A stretch of 63,985 nt of DNA, filler included, from an uncultured bacterium (lineage in GTDB: Bacteria > CAYSBA01), in the NCBI GenBank assembly GCA_964429075.1. It is 14 parts of 14 records of this genome, joined end to end, with 100 filler letters (N's around TTAATTAATTAA, not from the genome) between each part and the next. Parts side by side here need not be neighbours in the genome. Positions count along the whole stretch, not along the records: positions 46,883 to 51,400 come from CAYSBA010000149.1; positions 51,501 to 56,011 come from CAYSBA010000150.1; positions 56,112 to 60,523 come from CAYSBA010000151.1; positions 60,624 to 63,985 come from CAYSBA010000208.1; 10 more parts are not named here. The stretch is one strand, 5' to 3'. Made by a program: the position numbers and the translations under genes. Under the pieces are notes generated by a model. The model was not told the DNA's origin and did not search any database. It saw only the letters and a list, made by a program, of their open reading frames with translations. Within the stretch, counting starts at the first letter, position 1. Each line of letters opens with the position of its first letter. Positions 51,366 to 60,642 of this stretch are shown here, piece after piece.

Positions 51366-51394
51366 ATTATAATCCTAAAATTACCTAATTTCAA
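51366..51394 (-). promoter_or_regulatory. Sigma70 promoter of PKD lipoprotein
   Basis: TTGAAA-17 nt-TATAAT on minus strand. Confidence 0.7.
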
Positions 51395-51500
51395 CAGCTA
51401 NNNNNNNNNNNNNNNNNNNNNNNNNNNNNNNNNNNNNNNNNNNNTTAATTAATTAANNNNNNNNNNNNNNNNNNNNNNNNNNNNNNNNNNNNNNNNNNNN

Positions 51501-52571
51501 GCTATCTTCATCAAAACTAATAGCGTATAGTGTGTTTTCTTTGTTTTCATCCTGATAAGAAAAAAGTATCTCTGGTATACCATCGTTATCAACATCACAC
51601 AGTGCCTCTTTTGTTGTATTTATTGCCGAATAAGGATCTTCTGAGAGAACAAACTCTGCTAATAATCTCAGATCATTGTCCCTTATTCCATACACAAAGA
51701 TCCCCCTTTCAGCATCGGGTCTGAGTTGAGTATTACCTATAATCAAAAGCTCGTTGCCATGTTTTTTATCGAGATCGGTCACCATAAGATTACCAAAGTG
51801 TCGCCTCAATTTTCCTGTGTCAAAGGTCCAGGTTAAAACAAGCTCTGGGCCGGGCATTATTTTAAAAATACGAAGATGGGGTTGCTGGCTGTGTGCACTT
51901 ACATGAATAAATTCATAAAGACCGTCGTGGTCTATATCTCCAAGAGTATAGGAGCCCTCCCAATCGTTTCTGTCAACATCCGTTGAATATAGATTCTGCG
52001 TGGGCGTGAGGGTAAGTATGTATGTACTTTCCATTGTTGTAAAGGAGAGATCAGTTATACCATCCCCACTGAAATCGTATAAAAATATGCCTGAACGACC
52101 TATGCCTCTCAGTATCCTTGAATTTAGAGTTAAAGAATACTTAACAGCTCCAGTCAAGCCAGACAGTATAACTACCTTTGATGTACTACCCCCAGATAGA
52201 TGATCCTTTATAGCAACTATCTCCTTCTGGCCATCTCCATCTAAGTCTTTTACACCGACAAGGAAGTTAACAGAAAGATTTTTGGTATCCCAGATGATCC
52301 TGTTTTTTTCGTCCTTGGCAATAACCTTACCCCCAAGAATAAAGACAATATCCTCTATATCATCGTTATTGACATCTCCGATTAGATACTGACCAAAGGA
52401 GAGAAACCGCAAGAGTCCCATACTTGTAAGCTCTGAAGGTGAGCTATTGATGTTAGATGTTGTTGAGGTCGAACCACTGTTTATCAGGTCCAGGGCAGCT
52501 ATTCTCTGCTCATGGATAAAGATAGCAAAAAGCAGGATGGTGATCAGATATATTCTTTTTATATTCTTCAA
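51501..52571 (-). CDS. Secreted FG-GAP/VCBS-repeat beta-propeller protein, 3'-truncated
   Basis: Signal peptide; GDVNNDDIED, DLDGDGQKE, DFSGDGITD, GDIDHDGLYE, DVDNDGIPE. Confidence 0.85.
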
Positions 52572-52676
52572 CCTATTTTTATAATATAACCTTCTTTATG
52601 TTAAATCAACTCAAAAGTCTTGATTACTTTTTGCTACCAATGTAGAGTAATTTTAAAAATATATGGAGTGATTTTT

Positions 52677-53576
52677 ATGAAAAAAGCGGTATCGAGGATA
52701 TTTTTTGGATTGGCTGATAGCTGGCCAAAGGATGATGAGATAAGACTTATAAAAGAGGGTGCCCATGGGGTCATCCTTTTTTCAAGGAACATTGAAAATT
52801 GCACCCAGCTAAAAGAACTAATAAGATTTCTAAAAAGTATAGACAGGGTAGATGCACCTCCACTTATAATTGCTGTGGACCAGGAGGGAGGTAGGGTAAA
52901 GCGTCTCAGGAGGGGTTTTGAAGATATGGTCTCACCAATGGAGATGGCAAGAAGGTTTACTCCCAAAGAGCTTACTACAAAGGCATTTAGATGGGGCAAC
53001 AGGCTAAAAGAGCTTGGTTTTGACCTGGATTTTGCACCTGTTGTCGATCTTGGTGATAAAAGTACTGATGGTATTGTTGGTGATAGGGCCTTTGGCAGCA
53101 CAGAGGATACTGTCATAAGATATGCAGAGGCATTTATAATGGGAATGCAAAAGGCAGGTATAAAGACCTGTCTCAAACACTTTCCCGGTCATGGTTCTAT
53201 CAAAAAAGATTCACACACAGTCCTTGCACACTGTCATCTGAGTGAACAGGAAATCAAAAGACACATTAAACCATTTTTGTCACTTCTTGACAGTGGAGTA
53301 TCATACATTATGACTGCCCATATAATATTTGATGTCATCGATCCAGAGCTACCGGTTACCCTTTCAAAGAGTGCGTTGGGAATTCTCAAAGAAAGATTAA
53401 AAAACAAAGATATAATGATCATAAGCGATGATCTTGAAATGCATGCAATTTCAGATCACTTTTCTATTGAAGATATTATAAAACTCGGTTTGGATGCAGG
53501 GCTTGATATATTTATGTTTTGCAGTGATCTTGAGAGGATTTTTTTAGCAGTCGAATGGATTGAACGCCTGAGTTAA
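52677..53576 (+). CDS. nagZ: Beta-N-acetylhexosaminidase (GH3)
   Basis: GVILFSRN, VDQEGGRV, APVVD, KHFPGHG...DSH, SDDLEM. Confidence 0.93.
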   Translation: MKKAVSRIFFGLADSWPKDDEIRLIKEGAHGVILFSRNIENCTQLKELIRFLKSIDRVDAPPLIIAVDQEGGRVKRLRRGFEDMVSPMEMARRFTPKELTTKAFRWGNRLKELGFDLDFAPVVDLGDKSTDGIVGDRAFGSTEDTVIRYAEAFIMGMQKAGIKTCLKHFPGHGSIKKDSHTVLAHCHLSEQEIKRHIKPFLSLLDSGVSYIMTAHIIFDVIDPELPVTLSKSALGILKERLKNKDIMIISDDLEMHAISDHFSIEDIIKLGLDAGLDIFMFCSDLERIFLAVEWIERLS

Positions 53577-53924
53577 TTAGATAGATTCGCTGTGAGATTC
53601 GACAATACTCTTTATAATCTGTATGGCCTCCTTCTCTATCTCCTTAAATGCTATCCCCATACCTATGTGAAGGTCCTTCAGTTTCAATCCCCTCTGACAC
53701 CAGACAATTTCACCGGTAGCATTGAAATACCTGTCATGGCTTGGTAGTTTCATCTTTAGATTGACCTTATCACCCTTTGAAAAAAATGAGGGTGCCTTAA
53801 GAAATACCCCTCCTTCACTTATATTGGCAATCTCACAGAAGATAGTTACCTTTTGGTGATCAATCTTTTCAAGCCAGCATTTCCCGCTTATTTGGACACG
53901 CTTGTATCTTCTTCTTTCCCTCAT
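53577..53924 (-). CDS. Stand-alone PilZ domain protein with intact c-di-GMP motifs
   Basis: RRYKR (RxxxR) and NISEGG (D/NxSxGG), GMGIAF. Confidence 0.9.
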   Translation of the reverse strand: MRERRRYKRVQISGKCWLEKIDHQKVTIFCEIANISEGGVFLKAPSFFSKGDKVNLKMKLPSHDRYFNATGEIVWCQRGLKLKDLHIGMGIAFKEIEKEAIQIIKSIVESHSESI

Positions 53925-53990
53925 TTTTACACCACTGCTGTTCAAAAAATTAACATAAATATTAACCAAAGTCAAGTGATGTGGTTTTTA

Positions 53991-54018
53991 TTTACTTTAA
54001 GAAAAAATCTGTTAGAAT
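53991..54018 (+). promoter_or_regulatory. Extended -10 promoter, probably leaderless transcript
   Basis: TTTACT-16 nt-TAGAAT with TG at -15/-14, 7 nt before ATG 54026, no SD. Confidence 0.55.
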
Positions 54019-54025
54019 AATCCAT

Positions 54026-54712
54026 ATGAAGAGGTTGATAGCTATTGTAGATGATGAGCTGGATATCCTTGACCTTGTTGATTATCACCTCAAAAAGAGC
54101 GGATTTGAGACACTATGTTTTACAAATGCACAGGATTTTATGGATTCACTCCAGGATAGAGAGATTGACCTTTTGATACTTGATCTTATGTTACCGGACA
54201 AGGATGGAATAGAGTTAACAAAGGAGCTTAAATCACAAAATGAATATAGAGATATACCTATAATCATGCTTACTGCCAGGGCTGAAGAGATAGACAGGGT
54301 TATTGGTCTTGAAATAGGTGCAGACGACTATATAACAAAGCCCTTTTCACCAAGGGAACTTGTAGCAAGGGTAAGGGCTGTTCTGCGCAGAACTCCATCA
54401 AAATCCGATAAAGAGATCAACAGGATGGTTATAAAAGAAAGAATTGTACTTGATACTGATGGCTTTAAGGTCCTTATTGATGGCAATGAGATACCATTTA
54501 CATCAACAGAGTTTAAGATACTCGAGCTGCTTTCAAAGAACAGGGGTATGGTATTTACAAGGGAAGAAATACTTGAACATCTATGGGGACTGGATAAGGT
54601 GGTAACAGACAGGACTATCGATGTGCATATAAGGAACATCAGAAAAAAACTGAAGGATCTTGGGAATCTTATAAAGAATGTAAGAGGTGTAGGCTATAAG
54701 ATGGACTATTGA
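54026..54712 (+). CDS. phoB: OmpR/PhoB-family response regulator
   Basis: VDDE, LDLMLP, GADDYITKPFSPREL, RTIDVHI, VRGVGY; coupled to PhoR-like kinase. Confidence 0.8.
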   Translation: MKRLIAIVDDELDILDLVDYHLKKSGFETLCFTNAQDFMDSLQDREIDLLILDLMLPDKDGIELTKELKSQNEYRDIPIIMLTARAEEIDRVIGLEIGADDYITKPFSPRELVARVRAVLRRTPSKSDKEINRMVIKERIVLDTDGFKVLIDGNEIPFTSTEFKILELLSKNRGMVFTREEILEHLWGLDKVVTDRTIDVHIRNIRKKLKDLGNLIKNVRGVGYKMDY

Positions 54713-56011
54713 TGAGGCGCTCCATAATAGCAAAGGTAATTTTTGGTTATGCACTTGTTATTGCAATTTTATCACTCCTTTTTTACTACTTTTCAATAAA
54801 GAGTATAAGGTCGCATTACGAAGGTATCCTGAGTGAAGACCTTACGCGATCTGCAAAGATCCTGATCCCACAGATAAAAGAGCTTGTTATTCAAAAAAGG
54901 TATCACAGACTGCTCAACTATGTAAGGAAGATGGGTCTTGAAACCAAAATAAGGATAACAGTAATCGCACCCGACGGAGTTGTACTTGCTGACTCAAAAA
55001 AGGATCCAGCACAGATGGAGAACCATAGAAACAGGCCGGAAATCAAGCAGGCCTTTTTTAAAAAAAGGGGTATATCGTTACGCTACAGCACAACACTGAG
55101 ACAGAGGATGCTTTACGTAGCCCTCCCTGTTTTATCAGAAAATAGAGTTATCTGCGTTATGCGCGTTAGTATGTTCGTAAAGGATATAGATGAGCTAATA
55201 GGTGTTGTCAAAAAGAGAATGCTTCATATCCTTTTATTTACAATTATTCTCGCCTTTATCATTTCAATAGTATTTTCACATGGAATAACAAGGCCAATCC
55301 GAGCACTGGCTGAGGCGTCAAAAAAGATAGCAAGTGCGGAGTTTAAGACCCGTATTGTTATTAAAAATAGAGATGAAATTGGAAGACTTGCCGTAGCTTT
55401 CAATCAGATGGGTGAGGAGATTGAACGACTCTTTATGGACATAAAGGCAAAAAGAGAAGAGCTCGAAGGTATACTTAAATCCATTTCAGATGCCATCCTT
55501 GTGATAGATAGAGAAGGTAAGATCATCCTCAACAATCAGGCATTTATTGATATTTTTGCCAGCTCAAATGATATAACAGGTAAAAGATTCTGGGAGGTGC
55601 CTGGATTTATGGAGGGGAATCTTGTTGCAAAGATAGATAATGCCCTTAAGGATAAAAAGCCCGTAGATACAGAATTTAAAAAGGGAACTCGATATTTTAC
55701 TCTAAGATTTTCTCCGATCAAAACCCATGGTGGTGGAGTATTTGTCTTTCACGATATAACAAAGATAATGAGGCTTGATAGGATAAAAAGAGATTTTGTC
55801 TCCAATGTGTCACATGAACTGAGGACACCACTTACAGCAATAAAAGGTTTTGTAGAGACCCTTGAAGATGAAGTAAAAGACAAAAACCAGTTGAGACACC
55901 TGGAAGTAATAAAACGACATACAGACAGACTAATCAATATTGTTGAAGATCTGCTTATTCTCTCTGAACTTGAGGATGAAAAGGCACTATTTAAGATGGA
56001 CAAGGTAGATC
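54709..56011 (+). CDS. phoR: PhoR-like sensor kinase (Cache-HAMP-PAS-HisKA), 3'-truncated
   Basis: RITVI..DG.VLADS, MENHRNRPEI, RYSTT, DFVSNVSHELRTPLT.IKGFVETL. Confidence 0.85.
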
Positions 56012-56250
56012 NNNNNNNNNNNNNNNNNNNNNNNNNNNNNNNNNNNNNNNNNNNNTTAATTAATTAANNNNNNNNNNNNNNNNNNNNNNNNNNNNNNNNN
56101 NNNNNNNNNNNCTATAATACTCTACTATTTCATACAGAGCTTTATCCTTTGGAAGATTATTCACTTTTTCCGAAATGACAAATATAAACTACCTTAATAT
56201 CTGTTCACTCAGTTTAAAGCACTCTTCCTTTTTCTATCTGTGACTATTGT

Positions 56251-56343
56251 GACAGGCAAGATGCCTGTCCTACCATATACGCATATCCCTTTAAAATATT
56301 ATCTCTTATGTGTATCTTTTGACAAGTGAGACGCTTGTCCTAC
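56251..56343 (-). repeat. Two GTAG-type REP-like hairpins in direct orientation, 70-bp period
   Basis: Minus strand GTAG-GACAGGC-ATCTT-GCCTGTC (56251-56273) and GTAG-GACAAGC-GTCTC-ACTTGTC (56321-56343). Confidence 0.7.
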
Positions 56344-56489
56344 CGTTATTATTAAACTTTATGTAATTATGATCTAATATATCACCTCCAATCTTCTGTT
56401 GCTCTCTACAAAGAACTCGATAAGATTCGCATCAAATCAGGCGGTAATCTTACCTCCTCCAAGATCCTTTTCGATAAGTGGCCTACCTT

Positions 56490-56695
56490 GCTATTATGTC
56501 TTTTCTCTATTAATTGCTGTTAACTGCTCTCTTTTCCCTTCTCCCCCTTCTCCCATCCTCCTTAGCCATTTCCCTATCGCATCTGATGTCGGTAGCCTCC
56601 TTTTCTCACCTTATTGGTGATTATTATATCACCTTTCCTTAAAGGAGGACACACCTTTTTCTCTATTCTTTACCCCTCTATTTCGGTTTTTGGGT
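56490..56695 (-). mobile_element. Probable IS1380-family remnant
   Basis: Minus-strand peptide RRLPTSDAIGKWLRRMGEG..K..L..IN resembles an IS1380 transposase motif; no intact ORF; CCCAAAAACCG possible left end. Confidence 0.45.
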
Positions 56696-56708
56696 TTAAG
56701 AAATACAT

Positions 56709-56737
56709 TTGACATATAAATATATCTATGATACATT
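56709..56737 (+). promoter_or_regulatory. Sigma70 promoter of barrel/Cys-rich lipoprotein pair
   Basis: TTGACA-17 nt-TACATT with TG extension; SD AAGGAG before ATG 56772. Confidence 0.65.
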
Positions 56738-56771
56738 GCTTTAAATTTTACAGTTATTTCAAGGAGATAAT

Positions 56772-58121
56772 ATGAAAAAAGTAGTTTTTTTTATTCTTTT
56801 CTTTTTACCCTTTTATCAACAGATTCTACTTGCATCCACAACCCGTCAGGACAGTCTTGGAGGTCAGGGTAGGTACATAATAGACGACTCCAACCTCTGG
56901 TTTTTTCCCTCTTTTATAACAGAGTATGGAAACTACTTTATACTTGAATTGGAGAGTACCGATGGAGGTACGAACTCAGACACCCTACCACCTCAGTCAG
57001 CTACCTTTGGTGGAATAGTAATCTCACCAGTAACCTCCTTTTATTTAGGGCTATTTTTAAGTAACTATAAAGATAGCTATGTCTCTACAGCACTAACAGA
57101 GTCTGGTGGAATCGACTTTTTACAGCAGGCAGGAGTAACTGATACAATCTTACTCTTTCCAGATGGAGAGACAACAACATCTGACAGAAAGTACGACTTA
57201 GTTTTAGGTTATGCAAAGGGTGCACTGTCTTTTGGAATTACCTTTGGCTACGGGTCATCCTTTTATGAGGCAACTCTAAGTGGTGCAGATCCCCAAACTC
57301 CCTACGAACCGGGTAAGTACAAGTTGTCTACCATCAAAGTACAACCAGGGGTTAGTTTTGAGATAAACGATAACCTGAAAGTCGATGGTTCCTTTATCTT
57401 TGCCAATCACGGTCTAACCAATTCGCCAAGAGGGGTAGACCTGATAGACTCAGGAGGTGGTAGTAGCTATATGCTTATTCTGAGGGCTCGCTACAGGTTG
57501 TTAGAGAGATTCTCTATAATTCCTGCCATCTCCTTCTCTGGTTCAGGATTGGACTACAAAATAAACTACAAGGTGAGTGAAGGAGACAACACTGTACAGT
57601 CACAGGATCAAGACTATCGCTTAGAAGGGAAATACAGTGACAACCTATTTGATATAGGTATTGGTAGTGTGTACAGTGGTATAGAAAAGGTCTATCTCTT
57701 CTCAACCTTGGGTGTGAGCTTTTTTAACCTCTCATCCAGCTACTTGACAAACATTCAACAAGATACCAAAGATGGTAGCTCTAAGGTGCTCCCCTATTTC
57801 AAACTTGGAGTGGAGGGTGAACTCTTTCCCTGGCTTATAGTTAGAGGTGGTGTGGTAAAGTTTGTTACCTCTTCAGTGACCAACTCGGAAGTAAAGACCA
57901 ACGATCCAAATACAAACACAAGAAGCGATGTAAAGAGGGGGACAAGTACAAATATCTTAGACAATACCTTCAGCTACACACTCGGTATGGCTATACAGAA
58001 GGGAGGTTTTGTTCTGGACTTTGAGCTAAACCCTGCCTTTTTATACACAGGACCCTACTACTTAAGTGGTGTTTCGTACAATATCTTTATGAAGGCCTCT
58101 CTAACCTATCGTTTTAAGTAA
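56772..58121 (+). CDS. Outer-membrane beta-barrel protein of unknown function
   Basis: Signal peptide, TRQDSLGG...IDDSNLWFFP plug-like N-terminus, amphipathic strands, C-terminal ASLTYRF. Confidence 0.75.
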   Translation: MKKVVFFILFFLPFYQQILLASTTRQDSLGGQGRYIIDDSNLWFFPSFITEYGNYFILELESTDGGTNSDTLPPQSATFGGIVISPVTSFYLGLFLSNYKDSYVSTALTESGGIDFLQQAGVTDTILLFPDGETTTSDRKYDLVLGYAKGALSFGITFGYGSSFYEATLSGADPQTPYEPGKYKLSTIKVQPGVSFEINDNLKVDGSFIFANHGLTNSPRGVDLIDSGGGSSYMLILRARYRLLERFSIIPAISFSGSGLDYKINYKVSEGDNTVQSQDQDYRLEGKYSDNLFDIGIGSVYSGIEKVYLFSTLGVSFFNLSSSYLTNIQQDTKDGSSKVLPYFKLGVEGELFPWLIVRGGVVKFVTSSVTNSEVKTNDPNTNTRSDVKRGTSTNILDNTFSYTLGMAIQKGGFVLDFELNPAFLYTGPYYLSGVSYNIFMKASLTYRFK

Positions 58122-58163
58122 AATGCCTTGATTTACAATAAAAACAGAGTTAAGGAGGTCAAT

Positions 58164-59323
58164 ATGTTTAGAATAAAGCGAAGCATCACTTTTTTAGTCC
58201 TGATCTTTTGTATAACTTTTGGCTGCAACAACAGAGAGGAAAGCCCTGTCTGCGACCCAGGTTACTTTCCCTGTAATGGTAGATGTGTGAACACAGAGAC
58301 AGACCCACAAAACTGTGGTTACTGTGGGGTTGTGTGTAGAGCAAACAATGTAGCAGAAGCTGAGTGTAAAGACTATAAATGTCAAATAATTAAGTGTAAC
58401 GATGGATATACAGACAAAAATGGTAAATTCAGTGATGGCTGTGAATGTACTGAGTCATCTGGGCAAGAGACCTGCAGTACACCACTTAATCCATGTGATG
58501 GTATAGACTGTGGTGCTCATGGTAGCTGTATGGTGACAGATGGTGAGCCAAGCTGTAACTGTGATGAGGGATATCATGAAGAAAATCTAACCTGTGTAAA
58601 GAACGGTGGTGGTAACAATGGTACAAATCAACCGCCACAGATATTGAGCCTTCAGGCAAACAGCACAACTATAAGCGACTTCGACACCCTTACAATCACT
58701 GCAGTGGTAAACGATCCTGATGGCCCCGGTGATATACTTGGTGGTATCCTTACAGAGGACTATCAAAACACAACCTATAACTACGGTGCCTTTAGCTGGC
58801 AGGCTCAGGGAACCTATAGCATAAGTTTAGACTGGTATGCTGTAAAACAGGTAAGGGACTTTGCTGAGGGAAGTGGTGATACAAGGACCTTTACCGTAAT
58901 ATTCTACGATAGTGCTAACAACGAAGTTTCGGATACAATAACCATAGAGTTTGTCTGCGGCGATGTTGATAGTCATACAAGGTACTACTGTGGTGGTGAA
59001 TGTGTGTATATATTTAACGACCCTTACAACTGTGGTGAGTGTCATAGAGATTGTTCCCAGCTCGATGATATATACAACCAGAGTCAATTATATGTATATC
59101 CATTCAACCCAGACTGCTACGGTGNNNNNNNNNNGGGTTGTGTGATTTAACCGTAAAATCTTTTGAAGATAATAAAAACTGCAACGATATATGCGGTATG
59201 TCCGGGCTTGATTGTGATATGGCAAGACTGCACGATGGAGGTTATGTCTATGACATAAGTTGCAGTGAAAAATTAACTAACGGGACAAATAACCACTATA
59301 TTACCTGCTATTGTAAAGGTTAA
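58164..59323 (+). CDS. Cys-rich lipoprotein (MXAN_6577-like Cys domains, EGF-like unit, Ig-like domain), split by 10-N gap at 59125-59134
   Basis: SD AAGGAGG; lipobox ITFGC; CVNTETDPQNCGYCGVVC and DPYNCGEC; DGCEC; C.C.EGY; ORF 59138 continues the Cys pattern. Confidence 0.75.
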
Positions 59324-59437
59324 TAATTCTATCAATACTCTGCTTTTATGTTGTTAGCCTGTGTAAGACTTTCTAATTTTTGTCATATCCGTTGAAAAGG
59401 CAAAAGGGATAAGGTGCAGCTTGAATAAGAAAGGAAT

Positions 59438-59610
59438 AAATTTGGAAAGATAGCGATTCTTTCCAATATGGATTGCGAAGGAAAGGAGATATATCTTCTT
59501 TATAAGCAGAGGGAGAATGTGGAAGTTGCTTTTGACACCATGAAGAATTGGCTTGAGTATGACAAGATTTATTTATCTGATGATGATGCTGTTAAAGGTT
59601 ATTTTTTATC
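59438..59610 (+). pseudogene. IS1634-like transposase C-terminal fragment (copy A)
   Basis: KFGKIAILSNMD...IYLLYKQRENVEVAFDTMKN.LE.DK.YL.DDDAVKGYF, homologous to 60352-60523. Confidence 0.75.
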
Positions 59611-59765
59611 CGTAACTCCTTAAACTCTTAGGGGATAATTTTGCCACCCAGATGAGATTTTTTCTTTGATAGATAACTTTCCTTTAAAATCAATGTGTAA
59701 TAAGAAAAAATGTCTACCCCTTGACAAAGATATTTTGTTTATGAATATTCCCTATTAGGATATAT

Positions 59766-60523
59766 ATGGAATCGTGGGTTAAAAAGATACTAGAGCAGGA
59801 GAAAAAAAGAGGGGGGTTGCCCTTGAGGTAAAGCAGATAGGGGGCAATTATTATCTTTATCACTCCACTACAGTATGGGTCAAAGAACAAGGAAAAAGGA
59901 AGAAGGTATCTAAGTATATAGGGAAGATTACTCCTAAGGGGGTAGTAACAGGCAGCAAGAGGAGCCGTTATGTGCGGAGTGTTTATGAATATGGTAGTGT
60001 TAAGTTACTGTATGAGATATCGCAGGAGATAGTGCCATTTTTGAAGGAGGCATTTGCTGATGAATACAATGAAATACTGGCAATGGCGATAGTGAAGGTT
60101 ATCCAACCTGTGCCCATAAAACTCATAAAGAGTGTGAGGAGGAATTTCAAGATAATAGATTATGGGATTGATATGCAGGGGAGTTTTGTTTATCGGAAGA
60201 GGGGATAAACTGGGCTAAGAAGGAGGTTCACAGAGGGGTATATCTATATTTGTTTAAGGATGTGAAATTGAGGGCAGAAGAGGGGACTACATTTATAGAG
60301 ATGATAAGTGAGGGTCAGAAGAGCAGGGAAGAAATGCTTAAGGAGAGTCAGAAGTTTGGGAAGATAGGTATACTTTCAAATCTGGATGCAGCAGGCGAGC
60401 AGATATATCTATTATACAAGCAGAGGGGATCAGTAGAGGCGGCCTTTGATGTTTTTAAGAATGAACTTGAAAGTGACAAGACATATCTCATGGATGATGA
60501 TAGTGTTAAGAGGTACTTTTTTG
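59766..60523 (+). pseudogene. IS1634-like (DDE) transposase pseudogene (copy B), frameshifted and internally deleted
   Basis: MESWVKK... shifts at the G-run near 59810 into LEVKQIGGNYYLY...KYIGKIT; second shift near 60205; YKQRGSVEAAF (Y-2-R-3-E) motif. Confidence 0.75.
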
Positions 60524-60642
60524 NNNNNNNNNNNNNNNNNNNNNNNNNNNNNNNNNNNNNNNNNNNNTTAATTAATTAANNNNNNNNNNNNNNNNNNNNN
60601 NNNNNNNNNNNNNNNNNNNNNNNATTCTAATAAGAGGACATT

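Noticed and set aside
52634-53176. 180-aa antisense ORF within nagZ and similar short shadow ORFs across the window
   Set aside because: They fully overlap well-supported genes on the other strand or frame and show no motifs.
56251-56343. Mini CRISPR array (23-nt repeat, 47-nt spacer)
   Set aside because: Only two copies with 5 differences, no cas genes, and a GTAG-plus-hairpin layout that fits REP better.
56399-56620. 73-aa plus-strand ORF
   Set aside because: Pyrimidine-rich, Ser/Pro/Leu-biased antisense of the IS-like relic; weak start and no SD.
5364-59134. Apparent frameshifts or pseudogenes in the PBP, TIGR04551, TPR, 40805 lipoprotein and 58164 lipoprotein genes
   Set aside because: Each break coincides with a 10-N scaffold gap of arbitrary length and coding continues on both sides.
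4683-60623. Regularly spaced TTAATTAATTAA palindromes as a repeat array or regulatory element
   Set aside because: Always embedded in 44+44 Ns; an artificial stop-codon linker joining size-sorted contigs. Apparent synteny across linkers is meaningless.
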